NCBI GenBank assembly: GCA_902386555.1 | Contig: CABMJJ010000009.1 | Span: 345,870 to 409,869 of the forward strand | Direction: 5' to 3' | DNA from: Candidatus Bilamarchaeum dharawalense | GTDB lineage: Archaea; Micrarchaeota; Micrarchaeia; Anstonellales; Bilamarchaeaceae | DNA: 64,000 bases | In this document: positions 57,013 through 64,000 of the stretch, piece after piece | Position numbering within the stretch: position 1 is the first letter of the stretch | How the letters are laid out: the number at the start of each line of letters is the position of its first letter | Notes under the pieces: generated by a model | Database searches by the model: none | What the model saw: only the letters and a program-made list of their open reading frames with translations | What the model was told of the DNA's origin: nothing | Made by a program: the position numbers and the translations under genes

Positions 57013-57854
57013 TACTCCTCGTCCCTCCTCTTTGACATTACAATGTAGGCATAGGAACCCATTAGAACGACAATTAAAATGACCAAAGCGACCCCATGCG
57101 GACTTTTCAGAGTTTCAATAATTCCACGGATTATTCCGCCAAAAAAATCAGAGACTTCCTGGTCAATACTTTCTTCAACATCAAAAATCAGTGAAAACTT
57201 AACAAGAACGCTATCAGTCCAGGAAAGACTTTCAACATGGGACGGCAGTGCAATTGCAGCGTTGGTTGGTTGTGGATTTGCATCCAGAACAAGACTATCC
57301 TGGGGAAGCTTTAGAATAAGATAAATGTCCTTATCCAGAATAATATTTCCTTCTGGTGTGGTGGTAAATGAAAGTGCACCGGGATTGATGGTATATCTTC
57401 TAGTACGGGGTTTGTATTGCTCCACACTAAAGAGACCACTGTTAATGGTGGAATTAATCGATGGATAGGCCTGGTAATCCAGTATTATTTCACCATGGCA
57501 GGTTTTTTGTATCGGATTACATTGAGTACGAGGTTGGGGTCTAACCCTAAGATCACGGATATCCACCAAAGATGGATTAACATGAAATTTGATGTCCTTT
57601 AGACCAAGATTTGAAGACCAATAGGATAGCTGATCGCTGGTCATTCCGCTGTCATAGAGAGAACTGGCATAATCGCCATAGATAATGAATTTTATACTTT
57701 CATGAACCTTGGCACTACCATCACTTTGGATATCACTTATGGTTACATCTACTTTTTCAATTAGGAATTCGGCACTAACCATGGTGGTTAGTAAAACTAA
57801 TGCCAGCAACCATCTCATAAAGATATGTCTTCGTGAAGGTATATAAAGTTTCAT
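57012..57854 (-). CDS. Hypothetical secreted surface protein with a C-terminal TM anchor
   Basis: 280 aa. Signal peptide and C-terminal hydrophobic helix followed by KRRDEE. Confidence 0.4.
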   Translation of the reverse strand: MKLYIPSRRHIFMRWLLALVLLTTMVSAEFLIEKVDVTISDIQSDGSAKVHESIKFIIYGDYASSLYDSGMTSDQLSYWSSNLGLKDIKFHVNPSLVDIRDLRVRPQPRTQCNPIQKTCHGEIILDYQAYPSINSTINSGLFSVEQYKPRTRRYTINPGALSFTTTPEGNIILDKDIYLILKLPQDSLVLDANPQPTNAAIALPSHVESLSWTDSVLVKFSLIFDVEESIDQEVSDFFGGIIRGIIETLKSPHGVALVILIVVLMGSYAYIVMSKRRDEE

Positions 57855-58330
57855 TCTATTCTCTGGCCAAACATATTATGGTACCACCAATAGGGCAATT
57901 TAACTCTTGCTGGTAGGGTATTGACAAATTTCGTCCCTAAAGTTAGAAAATGCCATTTGTGTTCTGGAAGATTGAAAGCAGCAGCAAGATCCCAGACGGG
58001 TGGAATAAGAAAGATAACGTTTTCAGAAACACGAGAAAGCTCTTTGTAAAATTTCTCAGGATCATCAACATGTTCTATGATGTGGGATGCCATGACAGTC
58101 TTGAACTGTTTGTTCTTGAAAGGAAGATGATAGATGTCCTTTATCAAAACAAAATTAGGTACTTTTCTCGGGACAACATCAGCATTCAGACCACCGCCAT
58201 CGGTAGGACCGCAACCTATGTTCAAATCCCATTTTTGCTTTTTAAAATAATGCAGTTTTAGTGGGTAATAGTCAATGATGTGGGTTACAATTACTAGGGC
58301 AAACAAAACCAATAGTGCTTCTAGGATCAT
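57851..58330 (-). CDS. Membrane-anchored class I SAM-dependent methyltransferase (Methyltransf_11-like)
   Basis: NIGCGPTDGG SAM motif and HIIEHVDDP. N-terminal TM helix. Start uncertain: the track ORF extends to 58423 and would overlap the divergent MarC gene. Confidence 0.5.
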   Translation of the reverse strand: MILEALLVLFALVIVTHIIDYYPLKLHYFKKQKWDLNIGCGPTDGGGLNADVVPRKVPNFVLIKDIYHLPFKNKQFKTVMASHIIEHVDDPEKFYKELSRVSENVIFLIPPVWDLAAAFNLPEHKWHFLTLGTKFVNTLPARVKLPYWWYHNMFGQRIE

Positions 58331-58382
58331 GGGTATAAAATCAAGGCTAGGATTTTTAACCTTGACATGGATAGTTGGCCAT

Positions 58383-58967
58383 ATGGACCTCCCAAGTGCC
58401 ATCGTAACTTGCTTTATTACCATATTTGCGATTATGGATCCGTTTGCAAGTCTGCCGCCTTTTTTGATGTTTACTAAAAATTACAAAAAAGAAGAAACAA
58501 TAAAAGTTGCAGACCGAGCAGTGCTGATAGCAGGTGTGGTGGCTATTATTTTCATGGTGGCCGGACCGTACATACTCGCTGCATTATCCATAACATTATC
58601 AGACTTTAGAATCGCGGGTGGGATTGTTTTGGTCTTACTTGGAATTGAAAATACACTGAATATTCATCTTAATAAAAATAAAAAAGACGAGGGGTTGGAT
58701 TCGGCTGCAGTATTGATAGCAACCCCTTTGCTCACAGGGCCAGGACTCATGACCAGCCTGGTGATATTAAATAAAGAGAATGGAATAACCCCGGTCATAA
58801 TAGCATTGATAGTGTCCCTTATTTTATCTCTAATAATTTTTAGAAATGCAACAAAAGTAAGAAACCTGCTTGGTCCAAGAATCATTATGATTTTCTCTAA
58901 AGTGATGGGATTATTTTTAATCGCCATAGGGATTGCGTTCATTAGAAGCGGGATGTTAGGCGGTTAG
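58383..58967 (+). CDS. MarC/UPF0056-family integral membrane protein
   Basis: N-terminal IVTCFITIFAIMDPFASLPPFLMF is characteristic of MarC. About 6 TM helices. I chose the start at MDLPSA (atg at 58383). Confidence 0.6.
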   Translation: MDLPSAIVTCFITIFAIMDPFASLPPFLMFTKNYKKEETIKVADRAVLIAGVVAIIFMVAGPYILAALSITLSDFRIAGGIVLVLLGIENTLNIHLNKNKKDEGLDSAAVLIATPLLTGPGLMTSLVILNKENGITPVIIALIVSLILSLIIFRNATKVRNLLGPRIIMIFSKVMGLFLIAIGIAFIRSGMLGG

Positions 58968-59008
58968 ACATTCGCTATCAATTTAAATTCTAAGTTTGAA
59001 TAAGTAAT

Positions 59009-60097
59009 ATGGAATATACTATTTCTACATTGGGAAGCCACTCGGCATTGGATGTTTCTGAGGGCGCAAAAAAAGAAGGATTTAGGAGTCTGGTTGTTGC
59101 CCAACGAGGGCGAGAGAAAGTTTATCTTGGACCCTATAAAACCCGAAAACGTGGGAAAAAGGAAATCGGAGTTATTGACGAGCTTCTTTTACTTGGAAAG
59201 TTCAATGAGATCCTAACACCAGGTAATAGGGAATTTATGAAAAAAAGAAACTGTATTTTCGTTCCGAATAGATCATTTGCAGTCTATGTTGGTTATGAGG
59301 GTATAGAAAAAGAATTTGATATCCCAGTTTTTGGAAATAAATATTTACTACGAGCTGAGGAGAGAGATGTTCCCAAGAACCAGTATTATCTGATGGAAAA
59401 GGCAGGAGTTAGAACTCCAAAACAGTTCAAATCACCGAAAGACATAAACAAATTAAGCATAGTGAAGGTGAGTGAAGCAAAACGAACCTATGAAAGAGCT
59501 TTTTTCCTTGCAAGAAATTTCGAGGAGTACACTGAAAGAAGCGAAGCGCTAATAAAAAGCGGTAAAACAACGAGAGAACAGCTACAGAAAGCAAAAATTG
59601 AAGAGTATATTGTCGGTGCACAATTCAATCTAAATTTCTTTTATTCACCAGTGCATGAGGAATTGGAGCTTCTTGGGGTTGATACCAGAAGACAGACCAA
59701 CCTGGATGGGTATCTTAGAATGCCGGCTGATGTCCAGCTGGATTTGTTGAAGATGCAACAACCATCCACAATAGAAGTGGGACATATCGCCTGCACACTT
59801 AGAGAATCGCTACTTGAACAGGTTTATGAAGTTGGGGAGAATTTTGTCCGGGCAGTCCAGAAAGAATATAAAAATGGGATTATTGGACCTTTTGCTCTAC
59901 AGGGCGCTTTTGTAGAAGAGGAAGGGGAGAAATTTGTTTGTTTTGATGTTTCACTTAGAATGCCAGGCTCGCCGGGAACACGATTCACCCCCTATTCAGA
60001 ATACATGTTTAGAGAAAGCATTAGTTTTGGAAGAAGAATTGCAATGGAAATAAAAGATGCGCAAAAAGCGAAGATGATGGATAAAATTACTACCTAA
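59009..60097 (+). CDS. purP: 5-formaminoimidazole-4-carboxamide ribonucleotide synthetase (PurP, archaeal ATP-grasp)
   Basis: N-terminal ISTLGSHSALDVSEGAKKEGF is typical of PurP. ATP-grasp-like core. 362 aa. Confidence 0.85.
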   Translation: MEYTISTLGSHSALDVSEGAKKEGFRSLVVAQRGREKVYLGPYKTRKRGKKEIGVIDELLLLGKFNEILTPGNREFMKKRNCIFVPNRSFAVYVGYEGIEKEFDIPVFGNKYLLRAEERDVPKNQYYLMEKAGVRTPKQFKSPKDINKLSIVKVSEAKRTYERAFFLARNFEEYTERSEALIKSGKTTREQLQKAKIEEYIVGAQFNLNFFYSPVHEELELLGVDTRRQTNLDGYLRMPADVQLDLLKMQQPSTIEVGHIACTLRESLLEQVYEVGENFVRAVQKEYKNGIIGPFALQGAFVEEEGEKFVCFDVSLRMPGSPGTRFTPYSEYMFRESISFGRRIAMEIKDAQKAKMMDKITT

Positions 60098-60115
60098 TGG
60101 AATGGAAATAAAAAA

Positions 60116-60523
60116 TTAGTAGTATTGATTTCCGTTGTGGCCCAGTAGGAATGGACTTAGCATTTTGTAGGCCTTTCGCGGTTTATCAACTTGGATGGCA
60201 AAAACACCATCTTCCTTATCTGCAGAAAGCATTGAGAGTTCGGTAACCGTGATGTCCTCGATTTCTAACATCTCAGTAAGTTTTTCCATTGAATCTCCGG
60301 AAACTTTTACAACAATGGCCTCTGGATGAGCAAGACTGAAACCATTACCTTCCAGAATGGTGGATGCTTTCTTTGGATCCTTCACTTCTATGGAGATTAC
60401 GGCCTTACCACCAACAACATCAACAAATAGGCCATCAATATTAACTCCAGATTTACCAAGAATATAAGAAATATCAGCTAACAAACCAACCCTATCATCA
60501 GAAATTATTGTAACAGATTTCAT
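60116..60523 (-). CDS. ACT-domain protein
   Basis: 135 aa. ACT-like beta-alpha-beta-beta-alpha-beta segments (VTIISDDRVGLLADISYILGKSGVNID...). Confidence 0.5.
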   Translation of the reverse strand: MKSVTIISDDRVGLLADISYILGKSGVNIDGLFVDVVGGKAVISIEVKDPKKASTILEGNGFSLAHPEAIVVKVSGDSMEKLTEMLEIEDITVTELSMLSADKEDGVFAIQVDKPRKAYKMLSPFLLGHNGNQYY

Positions 60524-60533
60524 TTCATATCAC

Positions 60534-60812
60534 CTATAATAATTGAACCAGATCATTACTGATTTCGTCCAATTCTTTGAATGTTCTATAATTATCAGCT
60601 GAGCCAACCATAAACGCCCGCACTTTTGCTCTTGCCATGGACTTAACCACCTGCATTTTTTCAGGTGTACTTAACTCAATGTCCTCGTTACGCAACATGT
60701 TACACAAAGCAACCATGTGATGAATCACACCTGATGGATCGCTTTCCAACGATGATGCAAGTCCGATAAGTTTTTTGGTCTTATGCCTGGTCTTTCGGGT
60801 TTTAGCAAACAT
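60534..60812 (-). CDS. Hypothetical small protein
   Basis: 92 aa ORF with a basic N-terminus. Confidence 0.35.
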   Translation of the reverse strand: MFAKTRKTRHKTKKLIGLASSLESDPSGVIHHMVALCNMLRNEDIELSTPEKMQVVKSMARAKVRAFMVGSADNYRTFKELDEISNDLVQLL

Positions 60813-61008
60813 AACTGTCCCCCCACTAGAGTAGTATATATTTAGGGTAGTATTAATATGTTTCGCTAAATTTTATGTGTAATTTATTAGTTGTTTTTTA
60901 AATTTTATGTAAAAAAACACATGATTTTTGTTACAAACAGGACAGGTTAGTACCACAATCATAACGAAAAAAGAAACCAATATATGGGTTTTTCAATAAA
61001 TAGAAATC

Positions 61009-61899
61009 ATGCGAATTGTTATTGCTGATCAGATGGAAGAAGAGGTAGTAGACGAAATACGGAAATTGGGCCAGGTTGACTATAAACCAAGTGATGTAAA
61101 AAAAGCACTGGTTGACGCTGACGTATTAATAGTACGAAGTGCTACCAAAGTTACTAAAGAGCTTGTTTCAGATGCAACAAAGCTTAGGGTAGTTGCCAGG
61201 GCAGGAGTCGGACTTGATAACGTTGATCAACAGGCATGTAAAGATAAAAAAATAAAAGTATTGAATACTCCCGGAGCTTCAAGTAATGCGGTGGCTGAAC
61301 TTGCACTTGGACTTATTATGTCAATGATGAGGAATGTCCAGAAAGCTCATCACCAGATGAAAAATGGGAAATGGGATAAAAAAAATTTAATCGGAAGTGA
61401 AGTTGCTGGAAAGACACTTGGAGTAGTTGGGTATGGGAGAATTGGTTCCATGCTTGGTAAAAAAGCCCAGGCGTTAGGAATGAGTATTATAGCCTATAAT
61501 CCACCACCAAGAATTACAGTGGAAGGGATAGAGTATATAGAGGATATAGCTGACCTTTTTTCCAAAGCTGATATCATTTCTCTTCATGTACCGGCAACCA
61601 ACGAAACAAAAAATTTGATCAATAAACAGAATATAGCAAAGATGAAAGATGGAGTGTTTATCGTTAATACCTCCCGCGGAGAAATTATAGATGAAGATGC
61701 TTTGTATGAGGGTTGTAAAAGCGGGAAAATTGCTGGGGCTGCTTTGGATGTTTTCTGCAATGAACCATACACGGGGAGGTTATTGGAGCTGGAAAATGTT
61801 TGTTTCACTCCCCATTTGGGCGCTAGTACAAAAGAAGCGCAGGTAAGGATAGGACAAGAGTTGGTGGCACTTCTACAGGCTGAGTTGAATGTTGACTGA
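61009..61899 (+). CDS. serA: D-isomer-specific 2-hydroxyacid dehydrogenase (probable phosphoglycerate dehydrogenase lacking a C-terminal ACT domain)
   Basis: NAD motif GVVGYGRIGS and the catalytic R/E/H region (RGEIIDE..., HLGAST). 296 aa. Confidence 0.7.
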   Translation: MRIVIADQMEEEVVDEIRKLGQVDYKPSDVKKALVDADVLIVRSATKVTKELVSDATKLRVVARAGVGLDNVDQQACKDKKIKVLNTPGASSNAVAELALGLIMSMMRNVQKAHHQMKNGKWDKKNLIGSEVAGKTLGVVGYGRIGSMLGKKAQALGMSIIAYNPPPRITVEGIEYIEDIADLFSKADIISLHVPATNETKNLINKQNIAKMKDGVFIVNTSRGEIIDEDALYEGCKSGKIAGAALDVFCNEPYTGRLLELENVCFTPHLGASTKEAQVRIGQELVALLQAELNVD

Positions 61900-62620
61900 T
61901 TTGATAGGTGGAGCAGTATTAGTTACACTTGCTACGGGGTTAGGTGCATTGAGCACATTTTACATAAGCGATATTTGTAAAAGTAAATATACCCTGTTGC
62001 TTGCATTCTCGGCAGGAGTAATGATGTTCACTTCACTAGAGATGATTTCACAGGCACACCATGAAATTGGACACGTTTTGACTGCCGTTGGTCTCCTGTG
62101 TGGTATGCTTTTGATTTTTTTATCAGAAAAACTTTTACCTCATATTCATCAGCAAATAAAAAAAACAGAATTACCAACGTCTAAGAAAAAGGCTGCACTT
62201 ATTGTTGGAACAATCGCAATACACAATATCCCCGAAGGATTTGCAATAGCAGCCGCTTTTGCTGGATCGGTTCCTCTGGGGTGGTTTACGGCTACTTCCA
62301 TGGCAATACAGGATGCACCAGAGGGTGCGCTCATTTCAGCACCATTAATTTGTTATGGTCTTGACAAAAAAAGAGCAGTTGGGTTTGGGATTCTTTCCGG
62401 GGTTGTTGAAGGCCTGGCAGCCGTAATTGGCTATTTGTTTTTGACTGTTGTTTTGAGTCTGGTTCCATTTGCACTTGCTTTCTCTGCTGGAGCAATGATG
62501 TACGTGGTTCTGGTGGAGATAATGCCGGATGTTTTAAGAGAAAAGGAAAAATATGTTGGTTCGTTGGTTTTTATTATAGGGATAGTGATTGCCTTTCTTC
62601 TGGCAGGATTATTTTCGTAG
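61889..62620 (+). CDS. ZIP-family metal (zinc) transporter (ZupT-like)
   Basis: Signature HNIPEGFA plus a second HNxPEG-like QDAPEGA. About 8 TM helices. 243 aa. Confidence 0.75.
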   Translation: MLTDLIGGAVLVTLATGLGALSTFYISDICKSKYTLLLAFSAGVMMFTSLEMISQAHHEIGHVLTAVGLLCGMLLIFLSEKLLPHIHQQIKKTELPTSKKKAALIVGTIAIHNIPEGFAIAAAFAGSVPLGWFTATSMAIQDAPEGALISAPLICYGLDKKRAVGFGILSGVVEGLAAVIGYLFLTVVLSLVPFALAFSAGAMMYVVLVEIMPDVLREKEKYVGSLVFIIGIVIAFLLAGLFS

Positions 62621-63250
62621 GTGTTTTTTGAACCACTTCAAACTGTGCTTGGTAGCTTCTCGTTGGGTTCCTGGCTCATCGAAAAAGTGCCCAGCATTGG
62701 GAACCACGATCATGAGTTTTTCTCCAGCCATGTTAACATAGGCCTGCTCATTTAACTCACAGATTATTTCGTCCTCTTCACCAACTATAAATAGCATCGG
62801 TGCTTTTATCATATCAAGATAGGACATGGACAGATCGGGCCGCCCGCTTTTCGAGACGATGGCAAAGATATCTTTTTTTAGTTTGGATGCTGCGATTATA
62901 GCTGCCGCAGTACCGCTGCTTACGGCAAAGTACCCCATTCTTAATTTCTTGACCTCGGGTTGTTTTTTTAACCAGAGAGTTGCGGCTATCAGACGCCTAG
63001 AAAGAAGGCGGATATCTAGGTTATTCTTATTGGAATTGTCCTCTTTTTTAGTAAGCATATCAAAAAGCAGAGTGCCCATATTGTTTTTGTTTAGTACTCT
63101 GGCAACGGAATTGTTTCTTGGGGCATACCGTCCACCCCCACCACCATGGGCAAATATAATTATAGATTTGGCTCTCGGTGGGATTGTTAGGCTACCCTCG
63201 AATTTTTTTGAATCGATTGGGATTATAACTTTCTTATTGACAAATGCCAT
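62609..63250 (-). CDS. Alpha/beta hydrolase of the dienelactone-hydrolase type
   Basis: IIFAHGGGGG..., nucleophile elbow AVSSGTAAA, and C-terminal GHFFDE. 213 aa. Confidence 0.55.
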   Translation of the reverse strand: MAFVNKKVIIPIDSKKFEGSLTIPPRAKSIIIFAHGGGGGRYAPRNNSVARVLNKNNMGTLLFDMLTKKEDNSNKNNLDIRLLSRRLIAATLWLKKQPEVKKLRMGYFAVSSGTAAAIIAASKLKKDIFAIVSKSGRPDLSMSYLDMIKAPMLFIVGEEDEIICELNEQAYVNMAGEKLMIVVPNAGHFFDEPGTQREATKHSLKWFKKHLRK

Positions 63251-63564
63251 TATTCCACTTCTGCTTCGATGGTATCTGGTTCCACAGTGGCAATTTTCTC
63301 TGCAAAAGTACTTGGCATTGTCCCCTTTGGAAAAACCACTGTGTCCTTGTGTTTGATGGGCAATTGAAACTCTTCAGCCAGACGAACCATTTCAGTGGCT
63401 GGGATATAGTGCTTGCAAACTAAAAAGGGCACATCACCATGAGCGGTTTTTTGTTTTTGAACTTCTAATCGGTGACTTTGTCTTAATCCTGCAACAAAAA
63501 CTTTAACATCAACAAAACCCTGTTTGAGTATTTCCTGTTTACTAGTCATTTTTTCCCACTCCAC
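63250..63564 (-). CDS. Hypothetical small protein co-transcribed with nadK
   Basis: 104 aa. 23-bp overlap with the upstream nadK end. Confidence 0.35.
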   Translation of the reverse strand: MEWEKMTSKQEILKQGFVDVKVFVAGLRQSHRLEVQKQKTAHGDVPFLVCKHYIPATEMVRLAEEFQLPIKHKDTVVFPKGTMPSTFAEKIATVEPDTIEAEVE

Positions 63565-64000
63565 TAAAGAATATCATATCAGAACCTTTTTCTACATTTA
63601 CTATTTCGCCACTTTTTAAATTTCTAATAAAAATACCATCGATGATAAACGCGCAATCAGCACCTGCCTTAATGGATACCTTTCCGTTCTCGTTTAAAAC
63701 TTCTGGTAAAAAAGCGCGTTTGTAGGCACAGATGGGAACAACAGCTATTTTTCTTTCAGTTGGTTTGAACTTTGCACCGCCTGCAGAATAGGCATAGGCT
63801 GCAGAACCTATTGCTGATGAAACGATCATCCCATCACCTTCGAAGGAATGGACATCGCCGCCTGCGGTTACGTCCATCTCAGCCACCCGGTAGCGCGTGG
63901 CATGGATAACCACATCATTCATAACATGGAATTTTTTCCCGGCAACTTTACAGGTCAGTGTCATTATTTTTTCTCTATGGTGATCATCCAGTAGTTTCAA
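63542..64000 (-). CDS. nadK: NAD kinase, C-terminal part; the gene continues beyond the window end
   Basis: NDVVIH region and the GDGMIVSSAIGSAAYAYSAGG motif (NAD kinase GDG...TPTGSTAYS signature). Confidence 0.75.
   Translation of the reverse strand: MKLLDDHHREKIMTLTCKVAGKKFHVMNDVVIHATRYRVAEMDVTAGGDVHSFEGDGMIVSSAIGSAAYAYSAGGAKFKPTERKIAVVPICAYKRAFLPEVLNENGKVSIKAGADCAFIIDGIFIRNLKSGEIVNVEKGSDMIFFSGVGKND

Noticed and set aside
1-64000. CRISPR array, rRNA and tRNA genes
   Set aside because: No regularly spaced direct repeats with unique spacers. No long GC-elevated non-coding stretch. The only repeats found are intragenic or paralog-derived (11212/11518, 29586/30206).

Overview
This 64 kb window reads as a gene-dense (about 90% coding), AT-rich (roughly 38-40% GC) chromosomal segment of an archaeon. 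Archaeal hallmarks include a class I CCA-adding enzyme, type II GAPDH, RadA, PurP, GatD/GatE, AglB/STT3, archaeal RibB and RibC, archaeal DtdA, a CTP-dependent riboflavin kinase and FlaI/FlaJ-type pilus assembly genes. FtsZ and DNA gyrase are also present, which fits a DPANN-like or euryarchaeal-type lineage, although the lineage is not certain. I call about 68 protein genes. Many are joined by 1-8 bp start/stop overlaps into long co-directional operons. I found no rRNA, tRNA or CRISPR array. Housekeeping content includes gyrB-gyrA, gatD-gatE, ftsZ, pyrD-pyrK and a riboflavin cluster (ribB, a fused ribC-ribH, ribA, ribD), plus gap, radA, pheS, purP, a serA-like gene, the ends of purD and nadK at the window edges, and dtdA. 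The accessory content is richer than usual. (1) A translationally coupled three-gene operon encodes a HerA/FtsK-superfamily ATPase, a coiled-coil protein with a C-terminal winged helix, and a histone-H1-like basic protein. This is my top candidate for an undescribed system. (2) An overlapping four-gene operon encodes a K+ channel, a ThiF/E1-like enzyme, a small unknown protein and a PHP phosphoesterase. (3) Several secreted or membrane proteins carry internal tandem duplications. These are a lipoprotein with a 306-bp period, a triple thioredoxin-like CxxC protein, and two adjacent cysteine-rich paralogs that share a 70-bp identical stretch. (4) The AglB homolog has WWYYG in place of the canonical WWDYG motif. 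(5) An archaeal-type riboflavin synthase is fused in frame to lumazine synthase. (6) A small AT-rich island between gap and radA carries a TrbC/VirB2-like two-helix membrane protein, a terminator hairpin, inverted repeats and a possibly DUF736-like gene. (7) pheS sits inside an overlapping operon of surface and membrane proteins. All domain calls rest on motifs I recognised by eye in the translations; no searches were run.
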